64,000 bases of DNA from an uncultured delta proteobacterium (GCA_963789265.1 CAWBKB010000001.1:320001-384000); one strand, 5' to 3'; positions 11,975 to 23,224 are shown, counted from the first letter of the stretch. Translations and numbers: made by a program. The notes: generated by a model from the letters alone, not told the origin.

Positions 11975-12102
11975 GCTTGCCGCACTTAAGTGAATGGAAA
12001 CTGTTGAGCTTTTGTTGGATGGGGGAAATCCGCGGACAAAAAAGCATAATGGAGTGTCATTGCCAGGTCGCGAGGATTCATTGAGGCATGGAATAAAAGA
12101 TT

Positions 12103-12160
12103 TGGCGGCGACGGGCATCCTGCCCATCCCTCGGCGACAGGCTGGAAGCCTGTCCCACCA
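12103..12160. repeat. REP-like short palindromes
   Basis: GGGCATCCTGCCC and GACAGGCTGGAAGCCTGTC hairpins. Confidence 0.55.
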
Positions 12161-12296
12161 ATCAAAATTAGTAACTGGCGGTGAGGTTCATCTGGCCTGG
12201 ACTCTGCTGCCCGTCAATTCCACCTCAGCTTCCAGACAAAGCAAAAACCCGGGACCGGCCCGGGTTCATTGCAAATCTCATATCTGTCAGGAGAAA

Positions 12297-13958
12297 TCAG
12301 CACTGGGAGGCGTGACGGTATTCGCCAAACACTTCTCGAAGCACATTACAGATCTCACCCAGAGTGACTCTCTTCTTCACCGCGGCCAGGATTGGCGGCA
12401 TAAGATTATCGGTTCCCTGAGCGGCTTTCTTCAGCTCAAGCAGGGCAGCGTCCACTGCCGAGGAATCTCTTTCCGAACGCAGCTTTTGCAGGCGGCCGAT
12501 CTGAGTTTCTCGCACCGTGGGATCTACTCTCAACAAGCCGCTCGGCAGCGTTTCTTCTGTTTGGAAACGATTTACCCCGACGATCACCTGGTCTCCGGAC
12601 TCCACTGCCTTCTGGAAGCGATAAGCGGAATCCTGGATCTCACCCTCTATAAAACCGCATTCCACCGCTCTGACGGCCCCTCCCATTTCATCAATTCTCC
12701 TAATATAGTCTACCGCCTGCTGCTCTATCTGATCGGTAAGGGCCTCCACATAGTATGAGCCGGCCAATGGATCCACCGTTTCCGCGGCTCCTGTCTCATA
12801 GCCTATGATCTGTTGCGTGCGCAGTGCGATCTGCACCGATTCCTGACTGGGAAGTGCGAGGGCCTCATCCCTGGAGTTGGTATGCAGAGACTGGGTGCCT
12901 CCAAGCACCGCGGAGAGCGCCTGAAAAGCAACCCGAACCACGTTATTTTCAAGCTGCTGCGCAGTGAGGGTGCATCCGGCCGTCTGTGTATGGAACCTCA
13001 GCATCATGGCCCGTGGATTCGTTGCGTGAAAGCGCTCTTTCATGATTCTGGCCCACAATCGGCGGGCAGCTCTGAATTTGGCAACCTCTTCCAGAAAGTC
13101 CTGGTGTGCATTGAAGAAGAAGCTCAATCTTTCCCCGAATGAGTCCACGTCCAGGCCCGCGTCAATCGCCGCCTGCACGTAGGCTATTCCGTTGGCGAGA
13201 GTGAAAGCGATCTCCTGCACCGCGGTCGAACCGGCTTCGCGTATATGATATCCACTGATGCTTATGGTGTTCCACTGAGGCACATGTTCGTTGCAGAAAG
13301 CGAAGATGTCCGTGATGATCCGCATGGAAGGGAGCGGCGGGAAAATATAAGTGCCCCGAGCGGGATATTCCTTCAGAATGTCATTTTGAATGGTTCCTCG
13401 AACCTTGGAAACGTCCGCGCCCTGTTCTTCTGCGGCCGTGATATACATGGCCAGCAGAATTGCAGCAGGCGAATTGATGGTCATTGATGTGCTCACCGAC
13501 GATAGGTCAATGCCGGCGAAAAGAAGCTTCAGATCCTGTACGCTGTCGATGGCCACGCCGACTTTCCCCACCTCGCCGGCGCAAATCTCCGCATCAGAGT
13601 CATAGCCAATCTGGGTCGGCAAATCAAAGGCCACAGATAGACCCGTCTGCCCCTGCTCGATAAGGTATTTGAACCGTTTGTTGGTCTCTGCTGCGCTGCC
13701 AAACCCGGCGTACTGGCGCATAGTCCAAAAACGGCCGCGATACATGGTTGGCTGGACGCCGCGGGTGAAAGGATACCGGCCGGGTATTCCGAGATCTTTT
13801 TCAGGGTCGAAGTCGCCCAGATCCCAAGGCCAGTAAACCCGCCTCACGGGAAGTTCGGAGACCGTGGTGAATTGTGCTTTGCGCTCAGGTCTCTTTTCGA
13901 TCTTTTTCTCGATTTCCCCATCCCAGGTCAGCACCTTTTCTTTGAAGTTGTCCGGCAC
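12297..13958 (-). CDS. Methylmalonyl-CoA mutase family, substrate-binding subunit
   Basis: [54 protein letters not shown]; no B12-binding domain. Confidence 0.96.
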   Translation of the reverse strand: MPDNFKEKVLTWDGEIEKKIEKRPERKAQFTTVSELPVRRVYWPWDLGDFDPEKDLGIPGRYPFTRGVQPTMYRGRFWTMRQYAGFGSAAETNKRFKYLIEQGQTGLSVAFDLPTQIGYDSDAEICAGEVGKVGVAIDSVQDLKLLFAGIDLSSVSTSMTINSPAAILLAMYITAAEEQGADVSKVRGTIQNDILKEYPARGTYIFPPLPSMRIITDIFAFCNEHVPQWNTISISGYHIREAGSTAVQEIAFTLANGIAYVQAAIDAGLDVDSFGERLSFFFNAHQDFLEEVAKFRAARRLWARIMKERFHATNPRAMMLRFHTQTAGCTLTAQQLENNVVRVAFQALSAVLGGTQSLHTNSRDEALALPSQESVQIALRTQQIIGYETGAAETVDPLAGSYYVEALTDQIEQQAVDYIRRIDEMGGAVRAVECGFIEGEIQDSAYRFQKAVESGDQVIVGVNRFQTEETLPSGLLRVDPTVRETQIGRLQKLRSERDSSAVDAALLELKKAAQGTDNLMPPILAAVKKRVTLGEICNVLREVFGEYRHASQC

Positions 13959-14087
13959 TGCTCACCTCCGACGAACCTGCGGCACAATATCAAATTCGCC
14001 TAACACGAGTGACACGTTGATGCTAGGGGGACAGTCCCACCCAGGCGGGATTGCCAGTTGTCAGGCCCGCATGCGTTGGGATCAACT

Positions 14088-14141
14088 GTAGAGGCAGACC
14101 TATGTGTCTGCCCTGGGCGGACACAAGGGTCCGCCCCTACA
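14088..14141. repeat. REP-like doublet
   Basis: GGCAGACCTATGTGTCTGCC and GGGCGGACACAAGGGTCCGCCC hairpins within GTAG...CTAC ends. Confidence 0.65.
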
Positions 14142-14332
14142 GGATCGGAGTCCGGGGTGACCCCGCGAAACGTGGGACTGCCCCACCATATCCTGTCTGG
14201 GATTGTCACCTGTTTGGCTGCGCATTGGTATAGGGTCCACTCTGCTGCCGAAATCGGTTACAAATTAGCGCACACCTCATTCCTTGCTGCAAGGTGTTCC
14301 GGGCCCGAGAAGGTCCACTTCGATCCCGCGGC

Positions 14333-14545
14333 TCATTCTATGACAACCAGTAGATCGCCTACTTGATAGGATTCGCCGACCTGGGCCTTAATTTCCTTGA
14401 CTGTCCCGCTGCTAACCGCGACCACGGGCAGTTCCATCTTCATGGCTTCGATCACAACGAGTTCCTCGTCTTCTTCGACTTGCTGACCCACATCGGCCTT
14501 GACAGCGATCACCTTACCGTTCATGGGCATGGTCACATCTGCCAT
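14333..14545 (-). CDS. Biotin carboxyl carrier protein
   Basis: IEAMKME biotinylation motif; 70 aa. Confidence 0.93.
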   Translation of the reverse strand: MADVTMPMNGKVIAVKADVGQQVEEDEELVVIEAMKMELPVVAVSSGTVKEIKAQVGESYQVGDLLVVIE

Positions 14546-14863
14546 CTTCCACAACCTCCTCAGGATTGGTATACATTCTTTACAGAACAAAACCGGTCAC
14601 ATTCGACAGACCGGCAGCCTTCCATATAGCCGGTCGTGCCGGCTGCCATCCGACGGCCGTCAATTCGAAGCTACAGGAGAAGGGTCAACCGGAAAGCTGT
14701 CCGGGATCTAAGTGAGTACGTGCGACTAAGCTGCTACTTCCCGTCATTCGGCGACGTTACCCGCTCGCAACCGGGACCAAACCACCTGACTGATAGCATT
14801 CCGGACGTGGACTACGATTAGGTACCCTGACGAATATCAAGGTTCAGCCGTATTGCAGGAATT

Positions 14864-15274
14864 TCAATGAGGGCTCTGCGGGGGCTGAACTAATTCCATG
14901 AGTATTCCGTGGGTAGCCTTGGGATGCATGAAGGCTATTGTCATACCGTGGGCGCCGGAGCGCGGCGTCTCGTCGATAAGTTTTATTCCTTTTTCCTTAA
15001 GCTCGGCAACCGCCTGGTATATGTCATCGACCTCGAAGGCTATATGATGGATGCCTTCTCCGTTCTTGTCCAAGAATTTCTTGATCGCGGATGATCCCGA
15101 GACATCCTGGAGAAGCTCGACGGAGCTGTCTCCGACGGGGACAAACCCGATTTTCATCCCCTGGTAATCTTCTGTATGAGTCACCTCAAGGGGGAGTCCT
15201 CGGGTAAAGAACTCCAACGCGGCTTCGAGGTCATTTACCGCTATTCCGAGATGCGCGATTCGCTTGATCCTCAT
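14864..15274 (-). CDS. mce: Methylmalonyl-CoA epimerase
   Basis: IAHLGIAV, VELL, GEGIHHIAFEV, AFMHPKATHGILMELVQ. Confidence 0.92.
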   Translation of the reverse strand: MRIKRIAHLGIAVNDLEAALEFFTRGLPLEVTHTEDYQGMKIGFVPVGDSSVELLQDVSGSSAIKKFLDKNGEGIHHIAFEVDDIYQAVAELKEKGIKLIDETPRSGAHGMTIAFMHPKATHGILMELVQPPQSPH

Positions 15275-15303
15275 CAAAGACCTCAACTCGTGCAGGCCGA
15301 ACT

Positions 15304-15585
15304 TCAGGAATCCGTCGACGGACTTGTAACGGCAGGTTTGGCCTCCGACGAAGGCTCCTTCTTCTCCACTGTTTTCTCCGCGGGTTTTCTATAAGAGCAG
15401 CTATCTTTACGGCCGTAGTCCGTCACGTACCATCCGGTTCCCTTGAGGACAAATGTGGACTGAGATATCAAACGGCAAGTCTTGCCGCCGCAGGCACTGC
15501 ATTTGTCAACGGGTGGATCTGAAAACTTTTGCCATTCTTCAAATTCTCTGCCGCAGTTTTGGCACCGATATTCATAAATCGGCAT
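15304..15585 (-). CDS. FmdB-family zinc-ribbon protein
   Basis: MPIYEYRCQNC...CSACG...FVLKGTGWYVTDY. Confidence 0.92.
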   Translation of the reverse strand: MPIYEYRCQNCGREFEEWQKFSDPPVDKCSACGGKTCRLISQSTFVLKGTGWYVTDYGRKDSCSYRKPAEKTVEKKEPSSEAKPAVTSPSTDS

Positions 15586-15617
15586 TTGCGCCACCTCCAT
15601 GACCAGGGTGTTATGGT

Positions 15618-16145
15618 TTAGTCGTTGATGCACGGTGCAACCGGTTTTCGTATAGACCCAGGATGTAATCGGTGTTCGTGACCCCGGCGAGAATCTCCTG
15701 GGTAATCCCTTGCACGCGTGTTTTCTTCTTTGTCGCGATCTTCGACCGAAGCGAAGAAATCGACCCGACATTTGCGAAAACGAATAATGTGAATCAATTC
15801 ATGGGTCAGTATGAATAGACCTAACGTCCAGAGGTCATGCATAGTTGACCTCAAAAGGGCCAAAAGGATGTTCGGATCCTGAAGCACCACCCCGTACGTT
15901 TCTCTCCGACCTGGGTGGGCGGTCTTGGACCGTTCGACCCGCGCCCGGTAGCGTATCACCTGAGCGAAAACATCTTTCTCGTAAAGAGGCGGGCCCGCCT
16001 GTTTGTGCGTGAATATGGTATACGGATTCTCTTTCCACTCATCCGGAGCAAGATCAAAATAGGCCTGGGTCAGCCTCTCGGCCAGTGCGGCCGCCCTGCT
16101 GATCGTGCCGAGATCTGCTGCAGTGAAGAGCCCCGTTGAGAGCAT
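15618..16145 (-). CDS. Hypothetical protein with an HExxH motif
   Basis: ILTHELIHIIRF; probable frameshift near 15720. Confidence 0.65.
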   Translation of the reverse strand: MLSTGLFTAADLGTISRAAALAERLTQAYFDLAPDEWKENPYTIFTHKQAGPPLYEKDVFAQVIRYRARVERSKTAHPGRRETYGVVLQDPNILLALLRSTMHDLWTLGLFILTHELIHIIRFRKCRVDFFASVEDRDKEENTRARDYPGDSRRGHEHRLHPGSIRKPVAPCIND

Positions 16146-16360
16146 GAGTGCCCATTCTACTTGTTTTTATGACGTTGTCTTGCGCGAAGCTTCTTGTGCT
16201 TGTGCTTCCGCATTTTTTTCCGTCGCTTCTTGATTATGCTCCCCATCAACACCTCTCTGGCATTCGTGAAGAAAATATATTTATCACGGCCGCAAGCTGG
16301 TGTCAAATACTATAAAAACGCAACCGTAGCCATTCACTTATGCGGGGGATCTTTTGCACC

Positions 16361-16443
16361 TTGTCATTGCGAGGAGTGAAACGACGAAGCAATCTAAGCG
16401 GCGTTCAAAAGAAAAGATTGCTTCGCTTCGCTCGCAATGACAA
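16361..16443. repeat. REP-like palindromic element, second copy
   Basis: TTGTCATTGCGAG...CTCGCAATGACAA, same family as 11888-11974. Confidence 0.85.
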
Positions 16444-16675
16444 TCGCTTCCACGCGCGTAAGTGAATGCATTCACGCAACCGGAATATCCGCGCGCCGCG
16501 TCCGGTCTTGGTACTTATGTAACTCGCGTTCGGACGGTGTCAAGTGGCTGTAACCGCAATCGCTCAAATAGCGGGCATTCGAATGCGGTTCTCGCCGGAG
16601 TCACATCTGCCGGCGCAGGGAACGATGGCCCGATCAAGGAATCGTCACTGAACGACCGGAATATAAGTTATTTTC

Positions 16676-16704
16676 TTGACACCCCCGGTAAAGTTAAATA
16701 TAAA
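16676..16704 (+). promoter_or_regulatory. Sigma70-type promoter of the Rrf2 gene
   Basis: TTGACA-17 nt-TATAAA, 50 nt before the ATG. Confidence 0.7.
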
Positions 16705-16753
16705 TTATCTATGAGATTCTTCAGGGACGAAACGTCTTTTTCGGGGTAAGCAA

Positions 16754-17221
16754 ATGCGGATTACCACTACCAGCAGATATGGAGTTCGGGCACTTTTTGA
16801 TGTGGCCTACCACGGCGGCGGTCAGCCCACTCAGATAAAAGACATCTCCCGCCGCCAAAAAATATCTCAGAGATATCTCGAACAAATATTCAATAAGCTG
16901 CTTAAGGCGGGTCTGCTCAAAAGCAGACGCGGCCCCCGGGGGGGCTATATGCTCGCGCGCGATCCTTCCGAGATTACCGTCGGAAATATTATCAGTGCCG
17001 CACAAGGTCCCATCGTCCCGGTCCGATGCCTGGAAGAGGAAGAGCAGAATAACAAAGTATGCGATCTGATCGATTCCTGCATTACACGGCACGTGTGGAA
17101 AGAGACACAAAAACTGCTGGTGGATTACTACGAGTCGGTCTCAATTGCGGATCTTTGCAGCCTCGCACGCAGCCGGGGTGTCTCCCGGGATCTCGACCAT
17201 AAATACATGTATTTCATTTAG
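16754..17221 (+). CDS. Rrf2-family (IscR-like) regulator
   Basis: SRYGVRAL, YLEQIFNKL, SRRGPRGGY, C-x8-C-x5-C-x3-H. Confidence 0.93.
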   Translation: MRITTTSRYGVRALFDVAYHGGGQPTQIKDISRRQKISQRYLEQIFNKLLKAGLLKSRRGPRGGYMLARDPSEITVGNIISAAQGPIVPVRCLEEEEQNNKVCDLIDSCITRHVWKETQKLLVDYYESVSIADLCSLARSRGVSRDLDHKYMYFI

Positions 17222-17536
17222 TAGTCCGGACGCGAAATTCCGGGGGTGTCCCGATTTAGTGTACCGGCCGTCATTCCGGGGAACGCCGGAATGCAGTTGC
17301 GCGGCTCCGCGGGAGGAACCCCGGATCGAAGTCTCTGCTGAGATCCTTATGGATTCCTTGCGAGTTTCGTAGTAAATTGAGGCCGGGCACTAGGGCAGCT
17401 TTCCCGCGTTTCCTCATTACGATTCGGCAAAGAGGCCCGGCAAACCCAATTCGATGCCGATTAGCCTTCGTGTAAGTCTATGCGAAGTCACTATTGGTGA
17501 ATTCTTCTGTCTCCAGACGTTACTATTGGTTAACAC

Positions 17537-18916
17537 ATGAAAATTCTACGAACAATCTGCTCCGTCCTCTTGCTTACAGCCTTGTTTTCCGTCGCCGGCG
17601 GCTTATCCCAGGGGAGAGAGCGGCCTTTGAAGGACCGACTCTCAGAGGGTTATGGGGGTAATTTCGGGCACGCGGAACGTTGGAACCATGCGGAATATTC
17701 ACCGGTGTCACCGCACGGTATGAGTGCCTCCCCTGCCAAAAAGGGCTTGGGGACCGCTCAAATCTCCGAAAAGTTCACCCAGCGCGGTGAGGCGGGTTCG
17801 AAGGATATTACAGGTTCCGGTCGGCCTTCAGTCGAAAAAGGTAAGCAAAGCCGAACTGAGAGGGTATGGCGAAGCCAGGAACTGGGGATGCTGGCAATTG
17901 GAGTGGGTGTCGGAGATGTGGTTGGGGACGGGACCAATCAAATTGTGATCATCGATCCAAGTACCGTATACCTGTATCGTTTTACTCCGGAAAAGCTGGA
18001 ACCTCTTGCCCAATACTCCGCAGGCCCCATGGAATTGAAATGCGTAGACGTGGCAAAGTTAAGGAAACAGGGTCCGGCCAGGATCTATGTGACGGCACAA
18101 AACCGGGGGGCCGTCGACTCTATGGTCCTGGAATACCGAAACCGAAAGTTGACCCCCGTTGTTCAGGATTTTCCATACTACCTGCGAGTGATTCAGTACC
18201 CCACGCAAGGACCGATTCTGCTGGGTCAAAGAAAGGGGCTTTCAAGACTTTATGATGGACCGGTCTATCGTCTGACCGACAAGGGGGACGATCTGGAGAT
18301 CCAAGGCCGTTTTGGTGTGCCTCTGAAGATCCCGGTGTTCGGATTCACCGTCGGCGATTTCATTGGAAAACACAAGCCGTTAATCGCTGTTTACGACAGG
18401 GATGACCATCTCCGCCTTTACGAGGCTTCCGGAAAAAGACTGTTTCTCTCAAAGGATTATTACGGAGGATCGGATATCATTATAAGAACGGGCGGTCCGG
18501 AACAGCCCAAGGATCAACAGCCGTTAATCGAACCTGAGCGGACGTATTTTAGAACAAGGATTATGACCGTTGACCTCGGCTGGGGCTCGCCTCACGAAAT
18601 ACTGGTCACAGCTCACAGCTCCAAAACTATGCGACTTTTGGGTCGCACCAGGATGTTCGAAGAGGGGCAAGTTGTGGCGTTGGTATGGAATGGCGATGCG
18701 GTCGAGGAAAAATGGACGACGCCTAAAGTCCAAGGGATGATCACGGACTTTACCATTGGCACGCTTCCCGGATTAAGCGGCAAGAGACTAATCACCCTGG
18801 AACGCGAGAAGACCGACTGGCTGGCATTTCTAAGGTCAAGGAGTCGGGTCAGGGCATACGATCTTCACTACCTCATGAACGAGGGGCAGGCTCGCAGATC
18901 TGAGGAGAACAAGTGA
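17537..18916 (+). CDS. Secreted FG-GAP/VCBS-like repeat protein
   Basis: Signal peptide; VGDVVGDGTNQIV and VGDFIG repeats. Confidence 0.7.
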   Translation: MKILRTICSVLLLTALFSVAGGLSQGRERPLKDRLSEGYGGNFGHAERWNHAEYSPVSPHGMSASPAKKGLGTAQISEKFTQRGEAGSKDITGSGRPSVEKGKQSRTERVWRSQELGMLAIGVGVGDVVGDGTNQIVIIDPSTVYLYRFTPEKLEPLAQYSAGPMELKCVDVAKLRKQGPARIYVTAQNRGAVDSMVLEYRNRKLTPVVQDFPYYLRVIQYPTQGPILLGQRKGLSRLYDGPVYRLTDKGDDLEIQGRFGVPLKIPVFGFTVGDFIGKHKPLIAVYDRDDHLRLYEASGKRLFLSKDYYGGSDIIIRTGGPEQPKDQQPLIEPERTYFRTRIMTVDLGWGSPHEILVTAHSSKTMRLLGRTRMFEEGQVVALVWNGDAVEEKWTTPKVQGMITDFTIGTLPGLSGKRLITLEREKTDWLAFLRSRSRVRAYDLHYLMNEGQARRSEENK

Positions 18917-18942
18917 TCCCGCGGAAAAGGGGACATTCCTCT

Positions 18943-20649
18943 CTAGAAATCCACCAGGAATGATCCCTGGAAGCTTTGGATGGGACTCTTGCCCAATGGG
19001 CCGGTGACACCCCCCGGAAGAGCCGCCTGGTAGGCCCAGTCAAACCAGTCACCAGGCTGCCAGTACGCATACTTGAAACGCATGGTCATGCCCTCAAGGA
19101 GTTTCCAGTCCACTCCAGTGTTGGTTTCCCAGCCGAGAAACCGGCTGCTCGCAAACGGATCGGTCCCACCCCTAAGAGCTCTAAACGGAGCGCCTGCCGC
19201 CACCACCCCATTCAGTTTGAACCCGGGGTGAGTTCCGCTATCGACAAATTGGCCCGCAAGGTAGCCGTCTCTCTCCAAGCGCTCAGCCCAGAGATAACTT
19301 CCCCATACATTTAAGTTGGAGGCCACTGCATAATCCAACCGAGCTCCCAGAGCCCATGCGTCGGCCATCAATCCTGTGCCGTCGGCCCCAAATAACCAGC
19401 TAAACTGATTGTTGCCACCGGCGTAGGTGTGGAACATCAAGGTGTTGTAAGGATCTGTTGCCTGATAATTGATCGCGTATGGCTGAGACTTGGTCGTATG
19501 TGTGCCCGCCGGCGTAGTCAGTGGGTTGGCCAAGTTCTCACCAGGGGCCCACGCCCATACGAAGGTAATCTTTGCAGGACCATACAAGAAGCCGGCTTCG
19601 GCAAACGCATGCTGATACTCCGAATAGCTTGGCGAGGGAATAGCAGCAGGGAGGGGAGGGCCACCATTCAAGGTCTTGTAAGTGTCTATATTTACCCATG
19701 AATACTCTGCGTTCGCAAAGAACCTGCCATTGTTGTACTTCAGATAGACCAGCCAAAAATTCAACGAAGTATCAGTTGCAACCACTTCTCCAACTGCTGG
19801 GGCCCCCGTAGGAACAGCAGGAAAAGCCATGTCTCCCCTGCCCAGATGATGATAACGTCCGATCCAACCACCACCGGTCGACAGGTCGGCGGTGTCATAC
19901 CGGAAAAAGAAGCACTGGAACAAACTGTTCTTTCGTCCACCGTCAGGCGATTCGTTGTAGCCGTCCGATGCCGCGCCCTGGCTAAGAAAGATTCCATGAA
20001 TGAAGCTAAAGGGACCATAAGGAACTATGGTCATAAACGCTTCTGTTCTCGTATTGATTGAAAGGGTAGCTCCAGTGCCGAACGGAAAGTCCTTCAGGCC
20101 AAAGGAGAGTATGGCAATTGGGGTTTGGGCAGTAACCCTGAACTGTTCCCAGCTCCCGACTGCAGCGGTATCGTAAGCGTTGTCGCTCACGCCTTGCATG
20201 GAGTACCGTTCAAGGGGAGGCATTCCCACGCCGCCCGTATCCTGAGCGTACTTGTTGCGATAGCCACCAATGGTGTATGCTCCTTGCACTCTGATCGCCG
20301 GGTTTATACGGATCTCCGGATACAGAGTGAGTCTATCGTCGTTATAATGTGCGTCAGATCCCCATCTCGCAAAACCACCGCGGGTAATTGCTACCGTGGC
20401 GCTCAGGTTCGACGGCGGATCGACGAATGCGCCCGTGCTCCAGATGTTGGGTCCGGCAAACCCGATGAAAGTGCCTGCTCCCTGGTCTTGAGCAGGAGCG
20501 AAACCGAAGAGGTCAGAATTTCCCATGCGAGCGAAGTACTTGAAGCGGTATACGAACTCGCCTGCCATCGAGAATTCCCAGGCAAAGACAGGCGCCACGA
20601 CAGCTAACACCAGCAGCCCTGCCAATAAAGGTATCAGAATTCTTCTCAT
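18943..20649 (-). CDS. Outer-membrane beta-barrel (porin-like) protein
   Basis: Signal peptide AFA-WEF, RLDYAVASNLNVWG, YWQPGDWF, C-terminal F; paralogue of 57795-59480. Confidence 0.75.
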   Translation of the reverse strand: MRRILIPLLAGLLVLAVVAPVFAWEFSMAGEFVYRFKYFARMGNSDLFGFAPAQDQGAGTFIGFAGPNIWSTGAFVDPPSNLSATVAITRGGFARWGSDAHYNDDRLTLYPEIRINPAIRVQGAYTIGGYRNKYAQDTGGVGMPPLERYSMQGVSDNAYDTAAVGSWEQFRVTAQTPIAILSFGLKDFPFGTGATLSINTRTEAFMTIVPYGPFSFIHGIFLSQGAASDGYNESPDGGRKNSLFQCFFFRYDTADLSTGGGWIGRYHHLGRGDMAFPAVPTGAPAVGEVVATDTSLNFWLVYLKYNNGRFFANAEYSWVNIDTYKTLNGGPPLPAAIPSPSYSEYQHAFAEAGFLYGPAKITFVWAWAPGENLANPLTTPAGTHTTKSQPYAINYQATDPYNTLMFHTYAGGNNQFSWLFGADGTGLMADAWALGARLDYAVASNLNVWGSYLWAERLERDGYLAGQFVDSGTHPGFKLNGVVAAGAPFRALRGGTDPFASSRFLGWETNTGVDWKLLEGMTMRFKYAYWQPGDWFDWAYQAALPGGVTGPLGKSPIQSFQGSFLVDF

Positions 20650-20974
20650 CTCCGCCTCCTAATCCAAAACGAACCGAAAAGCCTTTCGGCAAAGCAAGAT
20701 TTGCCAACAAGCCAATCGCGATATGCATGTTCGTAAGGACGTAAACGTGATTAGCGCCTTTGCTCGCGGCACCTTAAGCGGAAATTATGCGGCGCTATTG
20801 CTATTTCAAGCCTCTTGGTGCCAGTGGAGGGGAGAGATAGTTCCTCCCAGAAGACTCGACAGAGGCAAAACAGTCGTGACGTGGATGTAAGAGTCTTATT
20901 TTTTAGGACTGCTGAGAATAACCCATCGTACGCTTTCCAGTCAATTCGATTCCTTCCGGTTTCACCTCACCTGA

Positions 20975-21180
20975 AAAAGGGGAGATTCCTCTTTTGTGTT
21001 GTTCCGGCAAGCTATTGTAAACACGTGAGTTTATACCAAGAACCGCACGAGCTTCTGTCGGTGAGGTCTGCTACCACGTATTGAGCCGCGGCAATGCGGG
21101 CCGAGAGGTCTTTCATCAGGAATTCGCGTTTTGGCCTCGAGGACAGCCAAGAACGGACTCGAAAAAGTAGCATGTCCCCT
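20975..21180. repeat. Copy 1 of an approx. 200-bp direct repeat
   Basis: Shares AGAACCGCACGAGCTTCTGTCGGTGAGGTCTGC, GCCGAGAGGTCTTTCATCAGGAATTC and GACTCGAAAAAGTAGCATGTCC with 22939-23142. Confidence 0.9.
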
Positions 21181-21507
21181 TTGTTCCTTTGTCCCAAGTG
21201 GCACCAACAATATATCAGTATTGTGTCCCCGGAATTCAGCTTTCCCTTTGGGCCGATACTACCAAGCCGTGTTCGGCTGAGGGCCAACGAGGACTTTTTG
21301 GTTGACCGTGGGGCGTGCGGTCAGGTACGGTCAGAAACAGGAAAATACAGACTTGTTCATCAACGCGACGACTGCTTTGTGGTCCTCTTGCCTCGTGGAG
21401 GACCATCCGGGGTCTGTTCGGAGTCGAGGGGAGCGTAGGACGACCGGATTCCCGGGTGAACACCCCAGGATTGGCAAGACCGCCGCATAATTCCAGAGGA
21501 GACGTTC

Positions 21508-22266
21508 ATGCACGTAATGGCCGTTAATGGCGCACCCCGCAAGGAAAAGAGCAGCACTTATCATATCCTGAGCCCGCTGCTGGAGGGTATGGGCGCCGCA
21601 GGAGCCAACACTGAATTGGTGCATCTGGGCCATTTGCAGATCAAATCCTGTCTGGGCTGCTTCTTGTGCTGGGCTAAGACCCCCGGGAAATGCGTGCAGC
21701 AAGATGATATGGCCGTGGTCTTGGAAAGGTTTGTGCAAGCCGACTTACTGGTCTTCGGAACCCCACTTTACCACTATAACGTGTCCGGCCTGATGAAGAA
21801 CTTCATTGACCGAACCCTGCCTTCCTTCGAGCCATGGCTGGTGGAAGATCCCGGCCATCCGGGTAAGAGCGGCCACCCGGACCGCTACCCTAAGGATCGG
21901 GCCATGTTGCTGGTCTCCCCCTGCGGCTTTCCGGAATTCGATCATTTTGCGCCGCTGGTGCAATATTTCCAGTTTTTCGCCCGGAAGCTGGGCTGGGGCT
22001 ATCTTGGGGAAATCCTGCGGCCCACGGGTGACAGCTTGAGCGATGAACAATATCAGGAGACGTTCGCCTGGTATTACAACTTGGTGCACCAGGCTGGGGA
22101 GCAGATCGTCCGCCAGGGACGGATTACGCCGGAAGTGCAGACTGAATTACGTCAAGACCTTTTTCCAGGGGGGCCGGAGACCTTCAGGAACGAAGCCAAC
22201 CACTATTGGAGCGAAACCATGGCTAGGTTCGGGGTGACCGGCAAGGCGCCGGGCCAAGTCGGATGA
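21508..22266 (+). CDS. Flavodoxin-fold iron-sulfur flavoprotein / FMN reductase family
   Basis: NGAPR, CLGCFLCW....C...DDM, GTPLY, MKNFIDR. Confidence 0.88.
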   Translation: MHVMAVNGAPRKEKSSTYHILSPLLEGMGAAGANTELVHLGHLQIKSCLGCFLCWAKTPGKCVQQDDMAVVLERFVQADLLVFGTPLYHYNVSGLMKNFIDRTLPSFEPWLVEDPGHPGKSGHPDRYPKDRAMLLVSPCGFPEFDHFAPLVQYFQFFARKLGWGYLGEILRPTGDSLSDEQYQETFAWYYNLVHQAGEQIVRQGRITPEVQTELRQDLFPGGPETFRNEANHYWSETMARFGVTGKAPGQVG

Positions 22267-22347
22267 CCCGGCAGTATTGGCATGGGGTTTTGATGATCTT
22301 ACCCGTCACACAAGAGACTTAAACTTCGGTTCAGGTTTTCATCGAAA

Positions 22348-22929
22348 ATGAAAGAGATTCTAAGCATTCTGCTGGGCTTCCTGCCCTGGATTGTTTTTGG
22401 GGCTATTTCCGGGCCATCCCTATTCCGATTGAAGGCCGCCATCATCGCCGCCCTGGCCCTGGTGCTGGTCATGGGCTACAAACAGTTGGCCAAGGGGTTC
22501 ATCCTGACCTGGGGCTCGCTGCTCTTCTTCGGCTTCAACCTGGTCGCGGTGGTGCTATTTGAAAACCTGTGGGTGATCAAAAACCTGGATATCCTGACCA
22601 ACGGGACCCTGGCGGCCATCGCCTGTCTGTCTATTCTCCTGGGCAAACCCTTTGTCCTGCAATATGCTGGGGAGACAGTTCCTCTGGAGCGCAGGGCATC
22701 CCCGGTGTTTTACAGTAATTGTTGGACCCTCTCGCTGATTTGGATGGTGATATTTGTCATCTCCACAGGCATGAGCGTGGCGAAAACCTCCGGCTGGTGG
22801 GAAGGCGGGATGAGCTATCAGACAGTATCCCTGGGCTTGATCGGGTTGGGACTATGGCTCAACCATTGGTATCCCCAATATGTGCGCCGCAGGACGAAGA
22901 TAGGAGATGACCCGGCCCAGCCGGGATGA
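22348..22929 (+). CDS. Hypothetical integral membrane protein
   Basis: About 6 hydrophobic segments; GKPFVLQYA. Confidence 0.75.
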   Translation: MKEILSILLGFLPWIVFGAISGPSLFRLKAAIIAALALVLVMGYKQLAKGFILTWGSLLFFGFNLVAVVLFENLWVIKNLDILTNGTLAAIACLSILLGKPFVLQYAGETVPLERRASPVFYSNCWTLSLIWMVIFVISTGMSVAKTSGWWEGGMSYQTVSLGLIGLGLWLNHWYPQYVRRRTKIGDDPAQPG

Positions 22930-22938
22930 TTTCGGAAG

Positions 22939-23142
22939 AAAAGGGGCCATTCCTCTTTTCTGTGGTTTCGACAAGCTATTGTAGTAACACGAGTTCATGC
23001 CGAGAACCGCACGAGCTTCTGTCGGTGAGGTCTGCAACCATGTGTTGAATCCCGGCAACACTCGCCGAGAGGTCTTTCATCAGGAATTCACGCTTGGGCC
23101 TCGCGGACGGCCAAGAACTGACTCGAAAAAGTAGCATGTCCA
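22939..23142. repeat. Copy 2 of the approx. 200-bp direct repeat
   Basis: Matches 20975-21180. Confidence 0.9.
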
Positions 23143-23171
23143 CTTTTTGTGTCCAGGTGAAAGCGGACGGC

Positions 23172-23224
23172 TCAAATAAGGCATCAGAGATTCGCGTGCA
23201 TGTCAAATTTCAAGACCTGACCCC
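23172..23224. repeat. Approx. 52-bp repeat ending CAAGACCTGACCCC
   Basis: Near-identical copy at 25044-25095; inverted GGGGTCAGGTCTTG near 24693. Confidence 0.8.

Noticed and set aside
11994..12758. Long + strand ORF and similar shadow ORFs (23094-23972, 35572-36429, 42513-43271, 62966-63682)
   Set aside because: Antisense to well-supported genes and without recognisable motifs
20816..20850. TGGTG.. resembling a reverse-strand tRNA end
   Set aside because: No T-loop consensus or cloverleaf can be built
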